64,000 bases of DNA from an uncultured Gammaproteobacteria bacterium. GTDB taxonomy: Bacteria; Patescibacteriota; Patescibacteriia; UBA9570. The notes beneath the pieces were generated by a model that ran no database searches, was not told where the DNA came from, and saw only the letters and a program-made list of their open reading frames with translations. Within the stretch, counting starts at the first letter, position 1. The number at the start of each line of letters is the position of its first letter. The translations under genes and the position numbers were made by a program. The stretch spans positions 67,246 through 131,245 of the forward strand of contig CAYLOJ010000002.1 in assembly GCA_964385285.1 (NCBI GenBank), read 5' to 3'. Of this stretch, positions 9,306 through 18,905 are shown piece by piece.

Positions 9306-9560
9306 ATGCCAGCTATTTCAGTTCGACGCAACGAAACCGAATCAAATGAAAGTTTAGTTCGCCGTTTCGTCCGTAAAGTTCAAGCCAGCGGTAATTTACT
9401 GCTCGTTAAGAAAAAACAACATCGTCAACGCCCCATTAGCAAACGTTTGCAACGGCGTAGCGCCATTTTGCGTTCTGAGTCACGCGAGAAACGTGAACAC
9501 TTACGCAAGATTGGTAAACTCGATGTTCTCCAGGATCGCAAGCGGAAACCCCGCCGATAA
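9306..9560 (+). CDS. rpsU: 30S ribosomal protein S21
   Basis: MPAISVRRNE...LVRRFVRKVQASG...KRLQRRSA matches the S21 basic pattern and size. Confidence 0.85.
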   Translation: MPAISVRRNETESNESLVRRFVRKVQASGNLLLVKKKQHRQRPISKRLQRRSAILRSESREKREHLRKIGKLDVLQDRKRKPRR

Positions 9561-9574
9561 CATAACATTGTTCC

Positions 9575-10018
9575 ATGAGTGTTTTTTCCACGATTCAAAC
9601 TGACATGATCTCTGCCTTGAAAAACAAGGATTCAGTTAAGGTCTCAACACTACGTGGAATGAAGTCGGCGATCCAAAAAGATATTATTGATAACAAGGGC
9701 TCGTCTGATGATGATCAGCGAGCTTTTGTTATACTGAAACAAGAAGCCAAGAAGCGCGAAGATTCCATCACCGCATATGCCGCAGCTGGTCGACAAGATT
9801 TGGCTGATCAAGAAACTGCTGAGCTGGAGATTATTCGCTACTATCTTCCAGCACAAATGTCTGAAGCAGATCTCACGGCGCTGATTGTGCCATTGGTGGA
9901 GGCAAGTGCGGATAAGAATTTTGGTGCCTTGATGAAACAAGCAATGCAGGCAGCCAACGGGCAAGCCGATGGTAAATTGGTTTCTGCGGTGCTGAAAAAA
10001 TTACTGGCACAGCAATGA
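9575..10018 (+). CDS. yqeY: GatB/YqeY-domain protein
   Basis: AIQKD...ILKQEAKKREDSI..Y..AGR.DLA..E..E..II..YLP is the YqeY family pattern. It follows rpsU as in Firmicutes. Confidence 0.85.
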   Translation: MSVFSTIQTDMISALKNKDSVKVSTLRGMKSAIQKDIIDNKGSSDDDQRAFVILKQEAKKREDSITAYAAAGRQDLADQETAELEIIRYYLPAQMSEADLTALIVPLVEASADKNFGALMKQAMQAANGQADGKLVSAVLKKLLAQQ

Positions 10019-13000
10019 AAAAACATACACTGAAACGTGCCATACAACTCTTCGCCATTTCCAGTTTTGGTTGGGTAATCAGTGCCCAGTTTGCCTTTGC
10101 TCAAGTGAATACTGCGTATGACGGGTTTATTTTGGGTGACGCTTCTCCTATCGATATTATTATTGCCATTATCAACTGGACCTTGGCCATTTTGGCGTTG
10201 ATCGCAGTAGTGATTGTGCTCTGGGGTGGGCTCACCTGGATGTTTTCCCAGGGAGATGAAGAAAAAATTAGTAAAGCCAAGGCCATCTTAAGAAATGGCG
10301 TGATTGGTTTGACTATCGTTTTGGCAGCCTGGGGGATCGCCACCTATGTGATTAACCTATTTTTAGATCTAACTGACGCCTCCACAGCTGATTACATTCC
10401 ACCAGGGGACGTTTATGAACCATCCGATGGCTCACCATTTTATGTGGATCATTCTAATCCACGTGATAATGAGGAGGATGTTCCGCTTTGTCATATTGTT
10501 GCGGTCACGTTTTCGTATCCAGTGAATGAAACATCGATTACTGATAATTCATTCCAAGTCACTGTTGCCCAAGATGCCGCTTCGAATCCAGATGGTGGTC
10601 GTGGTAATAATGAAAGTTGTGCGGATGATGTTCAGTGTTTGTCTGGGATCTGTTCGGATAGTGGTGTTTGTTCAGGTGATCGTGTGGAAGGTTCGTTTGC
10701 CTTTTCTGAGAGTGATTATGCTGCAGTATTTTACCCAGCGGCAGATTATCTAGCTGACACCTTGTACGAAGTAGAATTAAGTACCAGTGTCGAAGGAATT
10801 AATCCAGATACCGGTGCTGTCTATAATCTAACCGCTGGCGATCCGAAGCGCATCTTCAATTTCACTACTGGTAGTAGTACGGATGATATCCCACCAAAGG
10901 TTGATGTCACCAGCGTGACTCCATATCCAAGCGATGGCGATACAGACATGTGTTTGAATCCGACGATTCAGGTATCCTTTTCGGAGAGTTTAGATCCAGC
11001 ATCACCATCCGACGAAAATGTTTGGTTGTATCAAGATATCGCAAGTGGCCCGAGTGATAGTTTAAATATTTCCTCCATTCGATTAACCAGTATTGGTGGT
11101 GAGGCAGATGATACGATCGTCACTTCACCGCAACAAGAATTATCTGAATTTACTGAGTACGGTTTGAATCTATATAGTGGCGATTCGACAACGGAAACAT
11201 TTGAAGGTGGAATTTATGATACGTGTGGTAATCCACTAAGTGGTGATTTTGATGATGACATGGAAGGTAGCCCGATTGATGATTTTGCGGACCCAACCTC
11301 AGCCGGGCTGGAGCAGGCCTTCTGCAGTTGTCTATCCGGTACAGATACGTGCAATGTTGCCGTGGGTGCCGATAGTTGTGCAATCGATGCGGACACCACC
11401 TGTACGTTAGATACGACTTGTTCAGATACGAGTGATGATTATGTAGGGTTTTCGTATCAATGGACCTTTACGACAGGGGATGAACCCTATTGTATTCCTG
11501 ATATCGAAACCATTAGCCAAGAAGATTATTACTATAGTGAAGATTTAGCACCCACTGGTGCAACAGGTAGTGAAGATAGCGGCAAAGTATTGCTGACTGG
11601 TAGCTATCTCTATCCATTCTATGATTTAGATTTCACAAACAACATGTCAGCGGCTGGTATGAACTGTTTCGACACAGATCATGCTGCGAACATGTCCTGT
11701 TTTGTCAGTAATGTTGGTAGTTCTATTATTACTGTGCGTACGCCTGTGCCAAGTCAAACGGGTCGTATTAGTGTTGAGAATAACAACGGTTCAGATTACT
11801 CTTCACAATCAGCGATTATTGATTCGCCATTTATCTTAAATAGTTCACCAACGGGCGGTCCAGCTGGGCAATATGTGACCATTCGTGGCAACAACTTTTT
11901 AGATTACGATCCAGAGGATCCATCGAGCAGCCGTGGCCAAGTATTCTTTGATGATGTTGAAGCTGAGGTTTTGTGTACAGATGGTTGGGATGATGATCAA
12001 ATTATTGTCCGTGTACCTGATGGTTTTGCCGTAGATGCACAACCATTAATGCAAGTCATCACCACTGAAGGTCGCTATAGTAACCAGGAGGGATTTGCCA
12101 TAACGGATGGTGAACCGGGTCCTGGGCTTTGTGAAATTGTGCCGAGCTGCAGCGATACAGGATTAGATGACATTACTGCCGTCGGTGAAAATTTTGGTGC
12201 AGATGGCACGGTCTATTTTGATCCGAGTGATGGTGATTATGTGGAAGGTGTCGTGAGTCAATGGGATGTTTACAATCCTACTTATGCTAGCCAAACTGTG
12301 GTGACAGACTCTACTCCTGTGACGGAGCGTGACGTGTACAATTTTACTGCTGCAAACAATGATGGGATTAGTAACGGTTTAGATTTTGAGATTACCTGTT
12401 CAGAGCCACCAAGTTTATTGCAGTATTTTCAATGCGATCTTGAAGCCGATACTTATTATTTGCCGAATCCAACGAATTATTCAGACAATGCCTGTGTGAA
12501 TAGTGTGGTGTATTTTGGATTCACCAATGCGATGGATGATACCTCAGTGGAGAATAATACAGCTGTGTATCGCTGCAATAACGATGATCAATTTGATGAT
12601 AGTGCCTGTACGACTAGAATCGATGGTTCATATGTGTCCGATTATCTGAATGCTGCTTATATCGGTGGAGATAGTGCTGAATTGCTGAACGGCACGCGAG
12701 ATATTGATGCCGACGGCGATACCGATGCAAGCGATGCATACAGCGCGTACACATTCTATCCTGACGGTGGTTTTGCAGCTGGCTACTACTATAAAGTGGA
12801 TGTTCCAATCACGACAACGAATCGTGACGGCGTACAATTAGATTCTGATTATAGTTGGCATTTCCAGGTTCGTGATGACGCTACCAACTGTGTGGCTGAT
12901 TATCTGGCGTTATCCCCGGCCACTGAACGTGTGAATTCCTACGATAGTTACGATGCTTGTATTGATAACACTACTTTTGAAGGAACTAGTTATTCTTTCC

Positions 13001-16000
13001 GCGCTCGTCCAGCTACTGCAGAATGTCTAGTACTAGATGATGCAGGGGATTACGAATGGGAGATTACTCAACCTGCCTCGACGGATATTCTAAAATTTGG
13101 CGATAATGAAACGAGCGGTGATAACCCCGGCACAAGCACTTCAGATACATCTACAATCGGATACAATACGGTCTGTTTACAAGGCGAAGAGGAAGATAAT
13201 GACGGTTTAGCAACTGTCAGTGCTAGCTTGCTGGATCCTGCCGATGGCAGCGTAGCCGCCAGTGACAGTTCAGATGTTGAAGTGGATTTTGGTTATTGCA
13301 CTCAAGATAGTGATTGTTATACCGATTCCTGTCGTGATACTTATTGTGATGCCGTCACATCACACTGTGCACCCGATATTACAAGTTTCACACCAGACAA
13401 TGCTTCCGGAGCTGATGTTGGTCCCGGTGGATGCGTTAGCTTAAATGGCTGTTACTTTGGATCGAGTCAAGATGAGGGTGGTTCCTGCACCTGTACCGAC
13501 TTAAGTAGTGAAGAAACCTGTACGATTGATGAAGGTGGAGTTGCTTGTTTATTACAAGGCGCTATTGATAGCTGCACATTAGGTCAAGATTTTTGTACAC
13601 TCGATAGCACCTGTTCCACCGAATCGGCATCAGCGAATTATGATTTAGGGTTTTTCCGTGGGTGTGATTGTACGACGACAGAAACCTCGCCGCGCACCTG
13701 TCGCGTGGCTGAGGGCGAAACTCAATGTGAGGTTGCTGGCACAGAAACCTGTTCTCCAACCATGACAGCATCGAACGGCACCTATACCGCTGGAGGTAGT
13801 GGTGAGGTCGCATTTGATACGACTACTGCATCCTATCCTTCGACGGTGATCTGTGGAGACGTTTGGGATCAAGATCAAGTGATTGTACAAGTGCCTGCCG
13901 ATGGTTCTGTTGCACCTGGTGACTACGCATTGAATTTAACTAGCTACTACGACTTGAGTGATACATATGGTACGGCATCCGGAGACGCTAGTGATTGTAC
14001 CGTCGGTAGTGATCCAACAGCATGTCTGTGTCGTGTCGATCCAGACTCTGGTCATGAAGGTGATACTAGTGATCTATACGGTGAGAACTTTAGTGTGCTA
14101 AGCGGGCATAACGAAAAAGTTACTTTTGATGGTCCATTAAGTAGGGTTGAAACAGATGGCACTGAGACCTGGGTAGACGATAATGTGATTACTAGTGCAG
14201 TTGTCCCGGATGGGGCGGTTAGTAGCGATGATGGTGTGCAATTGGAAAGTGATGTTGGCGATAGTAATGCACTGGATTATGCGGTCAGTTGCAGCTCCAA
14301 TTTAGATTGCGCAACAGGTTGTTGTAGCGCTGGCCAGTGTTCTTCAGCCGAGATTTGCAATGCATGTGAAAATGATACCGATTGTTCTTATGGACAATGT
14401 GCATCGGCTTGTGTAAGTGGTACTTGTGCCCCTTATATTTATGAGGTTAGTCCAGATACAGGCGCAGTAGGCCAGCCAGTTACGTTCCAAGGTTGCCATT
14501 TAGGAACTTACTATGACCCATCGCTTTACACTCCTGGCAGTCAGGTGACCATAGATGGTATCGTTGCTGACTTAGCTTGTAATGCAACGGATTCTTGGAA
14601 TAACTTACGCGTCATTGCAACCATTCCAGATGGCGTTTTCTCCGATGCAACTACAGACAGTGCCTTAGCACAAATTCAGCAGGTCTCTACGAGTAATGGT
14701 ACTCAAGTTGCTCAATTGAGTAATCAAGTACAATTTAATCGAGATGATAGTTGTTCTGAGGTCAATCTTCCAGTTTTGTGCGATGCGGACCCAGCGTATA
14801 GTCCGGTGCAAACATTGGCAGATAGCGTTGCAAATATAGAATTGAGTGGTGAAAATTTTAATGATGAATCGGATGGCTATTGCACCTGTACAACGGATTT
14901 AGGAGATTGCGATATTGATGAAGGTGGCACCTCCTGCACCGTCAGTAGCTCTACTACCTATTATGTGAATCCGGACTTTAGTTCCGAAACTTGCGCTGAT
15001 GGTAGTGTGGGTGCCGCTACTTCGAATGCGTATAGTTACTACGATGGCACGCTTGGATATTGTGTCTATACAGATCCGGATGACAGTAGTATTACCTGTA
15101 ACATTGCGGTTGGCGCCAGTACGTGTACGATTAGTAGCTCCGATACTTGTTACGCAGATGAAGCTGATCCAACTACAACTTGCACTGCGGCACTATCTAA
15201 TTTTACTGCGTTAGATGGCTCGGTACAGTACTTTGATGATCTAGAGGCCACGATTGATTGGTCTCAATACTATAGTACTCAATATATTACTGACGTTCCT
15301 GAGGGTAGTGAGACGGGCGATGTTCAAGCCATTGCTACGACCTCAGCGGGTACGCAATGCACTAGTAATGGACTGGAGTTTCCGGTTACCTGCTCAAGCT
15401 GTGGCGAATGTGGCAGTACACGCACTAATGCTCTGAACTGTAATTTAGAATATGATCCTGCCTTTGGCAGTTGCACAGCGGACACCACCGGTTTCTGTCG
15501 TGCCAATACGGGTTCCTGCTGTAACCAAACGAGTTGTTCGTATGATTCCAACGTATCCGATACTGAAGATTTAGGTACCTGTGAAGCACAGCCGTTACTT
15601 GAATTTGATGATCAGGACGCCGATGGCATGAGTGACGATTATGAGTTAACGTTAGGTGGTTATGACAGCACATTGCAGGATACGGATGGCGACGGAACCA
15701 TCGATTCTGATGAGAGTGGTTTATTCAACAATAATAATGCCTTAACAACAATTGACTCCGTAACGTATCCTACACCAAATGCCACTGATGTGTGTTCGAA
15801 TGCAGAGATTAAAATTCAATTCAATCAACCAATTACGACCAGTGACGTATTTAATCTAAACGATAATGATGTGACCGCCGATGATCCTGATACGGATATC
15901 GATGAGTCCGTGGTAGATGATTTGTTTACTGATGATGTAGCCCCCGAAGATATTGATTTTACAGACTATATCTATTTGCGTGCAGCCACGGGAGCTGACC

Positions 16001-18255
16001 CACTAACCAATAACACTACCGTGTTAAGTCATATTAGTATTTCTAGTGACGGTACGGTATTAACGCTGGAGCGCAATCGCAACATCGGGTTTAGTCGGGA
16101 TTTTGAAATCATTATCCGCAGTAATGATGCGGTTGTTGGTGGAACAGATCATCACTCAGGAATTGTAGATGCCGAAACCGGTGTCGCAGTTGGTTGCACA
16201 ACAGAAATGGATACGCTTGGCTTATGTAATGAGGGTTATATTCGCTATACCTTCACTACCAGTAGTCGGTCAGTGTATGAAGATAGTTGTGGCCCCTCTT
16301 ATGTATTGTTAGAAGCAGATAGTCAGTCGTTTATGGATAAAGACTATACCTTTAGTGAATCTGGCCAAGAGGAAGATATGAATGCCACCGTTTACGCTGT
16401 AGGTGTGGATGGTTATGCTGACAACGGCTTAACAGATGCCAACAGTGATGGTGTAGATGACGGAGTAGATGATCAACCGATCACTCGTATTGATGATGGC
16501 GTGGATGCTGGTTTTTGGTGGGAGTATGCCTGGGATCCTATTTATGACACCCTAGAAGATTTAGAAGCCGCTGCTTGTCCTGTGGCTGGCATTATCACTG
16601 AGGATGAAGCCGGCAGCTGTAGTTGTGAGATCACAGAAAGTTGTACGATTGCTTTGGGTAGTGAATCGTGCACAACTGGTAATGGCGTGACCTGTTATAC
16701 CGATTCACCGAATGCAGTTTGTGACGCGTTTGATTCAAACTATTCTGCATCCGGTTGTGCTTGTACCGTTGAAGATAGTTGCACAATGTTGGCGGCTGAA
16801 GCGAGCTGCACAACAGACGTGAATGGTACGGATGTAGAGTGTTCTACTGATTCCAGTTCGGCAGTGTGTGACGCAGGTGACACTAATTGGAGCGATGGTA
16901 GCTTTATTGAAGATGAGGCTACTCAAACGTTGACTTCTGATACCCCAGATGCCAACGCGGATAATACCGATACCGTGACCGTGACCGTGACAGGTAGTGG
17001 TTCTGTAGAAGATGGTTGGGGCAATAGCGGCGCCACTACTGATGATTTAACTGATAGCCTGCTCTACGATTTTGTCTACTGCAATCCAGATTATTTAGTC
17101 ACCTACAGCAATACGGCGTATAACTTCTATTGGTCATATTGTCGTGGTACGGATGCACAAAGTGAAAGTTTCTTACCAGAGTTTGACCAGGTCTTTAGTC
17201 GCAGCGATACCGCCATCGATACCGCCTACGGTAGTGATCAAGAATTTATCTATGAAGTAGGATTCAAAGATACACGTGCCGCTACGAATGATCCCACCAC
17301 CAATAATAATATTATTGTCTTGCGGGTTTATCCGAATGACTTAGATGCTGATCTCACTACGCCTGCCGATGCAGTCAATCCGGATCTTTGGTACTTACTT
17401 AACACCAATAATGCTGACGCGCAGACCGCAACCACAACAGTTGATGGGTATGATGCGGTAGAAGTAGGGAATACTGTATATGTCGCTGCCAGTAATTTAG
17501 ATGATACTTCAAGTGTGATTGCGCCGTATGTGTATGTCGTAGCTTACAGTACTGATGCCAGCGAGGAAACGGTGAGCGCTGCCGAGGCTCTCTTGGACGG
17601 CTTCAAATTTAATCGCAATACTACATTGTCGGATGAATGTGCGATTGAAAAGAGTAAATTAGTGGAAGATACTGACCGTGTGACTGATTTAGGGTCAGTA
17701 GCCTATTTACTGAGCGGTTATTACTACAATGATTCCGATGCTAATGACACTGACGATTTCCCAGCTTTGGATAGTGGGTCCTATATTAGTGGTCTAACAA
17801 CATCTGTTTGGCCATCCTGGGCAGATAATCTTGGAGACGAACTAGGACAGGCTCTGCCAACAGATCCAACCAACACATTTAATGATGCCAGTGTTCAATG
17901 TCCGTATGATCCACCAGATTTATCTATTGGTGAAACAGCAGGGACATATTATGACGAGTCTGGTACGTGTTGGGATCCAGTGTTGAAGGATTTCAACGGA
18001 CCTGCAGAATCGCATGTCTACCTCTATCAATATCAAGATGCAGATAACTTCGCTTTGTATTCTAACTTAGAGTACGATGGAACGGGTACGTGGATTAGCG
18101 GTAGTTATAATCCTTGCGATCAGTATGTGGACGGCACTAACGTAGCTACAAGTATTAGTGATTATTCGGATAATGGTTGCAAAACATTTGATTACGCAGT
18201 CGACAATAGTTTGACGACTGATAATACCGTCTATGCCGACCTTTTCGCCGATTGA
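10015..18255 (+). CDS. Giant (2746 aa) secreted, extremely acidic, Cys-rich cell-surface protein. It has a signal peptide, a two-helix T4SS-pilin-like (VirB2/TrbC-type, PF18895-like) N-terminal membrane anchor, multiple IPT/TIG-like beta-sandwich segments, TSP3-like Ca-binding Asp repeats and repeated Cys-rich modules. There is no LPxTG motif and no C-terminal TM segment.
   Basis: Uninterrupted 8.2 kb ORF. N-terminus is MKKHTLKRAIQLFAISSFGWVISAQFAFA, then ...LWGGLTWMFSQGDEEKISKAKAILRNGVIGLTIVLAAWGI. IPT-like stretch (VTIRGNNF...IIVRVPDG). DQDADGMSDD...DTDGDGTIDSDESG. Modules such as CSCLSGTDTCNVAVGADSCAID, CTCTDLSSEETCTIDEGGVACL, CTCTTDLGDCDIDEGGTSCTV and CSCEITESCTIALGSESCTT. Confidence 0.9.
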   Translation: MKKHTLKRAIQLFAISSFGWVISAQFAFAQVNTAYDGFILGDASPIDIIIAIINWTLAILALIAVVIVLWGGLTWMFSQGDEEKISKAKAILRNGVIGLTIVLAAWGIATYVINLFLDLTDASTADYIPPGDVYEPSDGSPFYVDHSNPRDNEEDVPLCHIVAVTFSYPVNETSITDNSFQVTVAQDAASNPDGGRGNNESCADDVQCLSGICSDSGVCSGDRVEGSFAFSESDYAAVFYPAADYLADTLYEVELSTSVEGINPDTGAVYNLTAGDPKRIFNFTTGSSTDDIPPKVDVTSVTPYPSDGDTDMCLNPTIQVSFSESLDPASPSDENVWLYQDIASGPSDSLNISSIRLTSIGGEADDTIVTSPQQELSEFTEYGLNLYSGDSTTETFEGGIYDTCGNPLSGDFDDDMEGSPIDDFADPTSAGLEQAFCSCLSGTDTCNVAVGADSCAIDADTTCTLDTTCSDTSDDYVGFSYQWTFTTGDEPYCIPDIETISQEDYYYSEDLAPTGATGSEDSGKVLLTGSYLYPFYDLDFTNNMSAAGMNCFDTDHAANMSCFVSNVGSSIITVRTPVPSQTGRISVENNNGSDYSSQSAIIDSPFILNSSPTGGPAGQYVTIRGNNFLDYDPEDPSSSRGQVFFDDVEAEVLCTDGWDDDQIIVRVPDGFAVDAQPLMQVITTEGRYSNQEGFAITDGEPGPGLCEIVPSCSDTGLDDITAVGENFGADGTVYFDPSDGDYVEGVVSQWDVYNPTYASQTVVTDSTPVTERDVYNFTAANNDGISNGLDFEITCSEPPSLLQYFQCDLEADTYYLPNPTNYSDNACVNSVVYFGFTNAMDDTSVENNTAVYRCNNDDQFDDSACTTRIDGSYVSDYLNAAYIGGDSAELLNGTRDIDADGDTDASDAYSAYTFYPDGGFAAGYYYKVDVPITTTNRDGVQLDSDYSWHFQVRDDATNCVADYLALSPATERVNSYDSYDACIDNTTFEGTSYSFRARPATAECLVLDDAGDYEWEITQPASTDILKFGDNETSGDNPGTSTSDTSTIGYNTVCLQGEEEDNDGLATVSASLLDPADGSVAASDSSDVEVDFGYCTQDSDCYTDSCRDTYCDAVTSHCAPDITSFTPDNASGADVGPGGCVSLNGCYFGSSQDEGGSCTCTDLSSEETCTIDEGGVACLLQGAIDSCTLGQDFCTLDSTCSTESASANYDLGFFRGCDCTTTETSPRTCRVAEGETQCEVAGTETCSPTMTASNGTYTAGGSGEVAFDTTTASYPSTVICGDVWDQDQVIVQVPADGSVAPGDYALNLTSYYDLSDTYGTASGDASDCTVGSDPTACLCRVDPDSGHEGDTSDLYGENFSVLSGHNEKVTFDGPLSRVETDGTETWVDDNVITSAVVPDGAVSSDDGVQLESDVGDSNALDYAVSCSSNLDCATGCCSAGQCSSAEICNACENDTDCSYGQCASACVSGTCAPYIYEVSPDTGAVGQPVTFQGCHLGTYYDPSLYTPGSQVTIDGIVADLACNATDSWNNLRVIATIPDGVFSDATTDSALAQIQQVSTSNGTQVAQLSNQVQFNRDDSCSEVNLPVLCDADPAYSPVQTLADSVANIELSGENFNDESDGYCTCTTDLGDCDIDEGGTSCTVSSSTTYYVNPDFSSETCADGSVGAATSNAYSYYDGTLGYCVYTDPDDSSITCNIAVGASTCTISSSDTCYADEADPTTTCTAALSNFTALDGSVQYFDDLEATIDWSQYYSTQYITDVPEGSETGDVQAIATTSAGTQCTSNGLEFPVTCSSCGECGSTRTNALNCNLEYDPAFGSCTADTTGFCRANTGSCCNQTSCSYDSNVSDTEDLGTCEAQPLLEFDDQDADGMSDDYELTLGGYDSTLQDTDGDGTIDSDESGLFNNNNALTTIDSVTYPTPNATDVCSNAEIKIQFNQPITTSDVFNLNDNDVTADDPDTDIDESVVDDLFTDDVAPEDIDFTDYIYLRAATGADPLTNNTTVLSHISISSDGTVLTLERNRNIGFSRDFEIIIRSNDAVVGGTDHHSGIVDAETGVAVGCTTEMDTLGLCNEGYIRYTFTTSSRSVYEDSCGPSYVLLEADSQSFMDKDYTFSESGQEEDMNATVYAVGVDGYADNGLTDANSDGVDDGVDDQPITRIDDGVDAGFWWEYAWDPIYDTLEDLEAAACPVAGIITEDEAGSCSCEITESCTIALGSESCTTGNGVTCYTDSPNAVCDAFDSNYSASGCACTVEDSCTMLAAEASCTTDVNGTDVECSTDSSSAVCDAGDTNWSDGSFIEDEATQTLTSDTPDANADNTDTVTVTVTGSGSVEDGWGNSGATTDDLTDSLLYDFVYCNPDYLVTYSNTAYNFYWSYCRGTDAQSESFLPEFDQVFSRSDTAIDTAYGSDQEFIYEVGFKDTRAATNDPTTNNNIIVLRVYPNDLDADLTTPADAVNPDLWYLLNTNNADAQTATTTVDGYDAVEVGNTVYVAASNLDDTSSVIAPYVYVVAYSTDASEETVSAAEALLDGFKFNRNTTLSDECAIEKSKLVEDTDRVTDLGSVAYLLSGYYYNDSDANDTDDFPALDSGSYISGLTTSVWPSWADNLGDELGQALPTDPTNTFNDASVQCPYDPPDLSIGETAGTYYDESGTCWDPVLKDFNGPAESHVYLYQYQDADNFALYSNLEYDGTGTWISGSYNPCDQYVDGTNVATSISDYSDNGCKTFDYAVDNSLTTDNTVYADLFAD

Positions 18256-18895
18256 ACCCACGCCAAATTCTAACTCAGGGGAGCTTGAAGATATCTTTGA
18301 AGATGGCGGCAGCAATCTTTATAATTCGATTCAAACGCAAACTACTGAGCCGGAGTCTTCTGAACAGGATGCTCCAACTTACTCAGTTCAGTCTAGATCC
18401 AATGGGGGTAAGCGCCGGATCCTAATCATTGCCACTTGCGTTCTAGCTCTGCTACTATTAGGTAGTGGTGGGGTGGGATTGTGGCTTTGGCTACAGACCC
18501 GTCCTGCGCCTGATCCAAATCTGATCATCAACAATCCTGTAAATACGAATACGAACACGAATGTGAATACAGAAGAGACCAATACCAATGTGGTCACTGT
18601 TCCGGAAATACCAACCAATACAAACACTACTACCAATACAAACACACAGAACTTTGTTGATGTAGATCACGATGGCCTGTCGGATGAAGAAGAGCTAGTG
18701 GTGAATACCAATCCGAAAAAAAAGGATACCGATGAAGATGGTCTATCAGATCGCGAAGAGGTGAGAGTCTATAACACCGATCCACGTAATCCTGATACAG
18801 ATGGTGATGGCTATAGCGATGGAGATGAAGTGACTAATTTCTATCATCCCAATCACCCAGATCCAAAAAAACGATTATTCGACTTACCACAATAA
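18233..18895 (+). CDS. Single-pass (N-in) membrane protein with an acidic cytoplasmic N-terminus, an Asn/Thr-rich low-complexity linker and three TSP3-like Asp-rich Ca-binding repeats. Overlaps the giant gene's 3' end by 23 nt.
   Basis: TM ILIIATCVLALLLLGSGGVGLWLWL; NTNTNTNVNT...TNTNTTTNTNT; DVDHDGLSDEEE / DTDEDGLSDREE / DTDGDGYSDGDE. Confidence 0.7.
   Translation: MPTFSPIEPTPNSNSGELEDIFEDGGSNLYNSIQTQTTEPESSEQDAPTYSVQSRSNGGKRRILIIATCVLALLLLGSGGVGLWLWLQTRPAPDPNLIINNPVNTNTNTNVNTEETNTNVVTVPEIPTNTNTTTNTNTQNFVDVDHDGLSDEEELVVNTNPKKKDTDEDGLSDREEVRVYNTDPRNPDTDGDGYSDGDEVTNFYHPNHPDPKKRLFDLPQ
18541..18660 (+). repeat. In-frame tandem hexanucleotide-type repeats (AAY-ACR)n encoding an N-T dipeptide low-complexity linker
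   Basis: aatacgaatacgaacacgaatgtgaataca ... accaatacaaacactactaccaatacaaacaca. Confidence 0.6.
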
Positions 18896-18905
18896 CAACA
18901 TTCAT

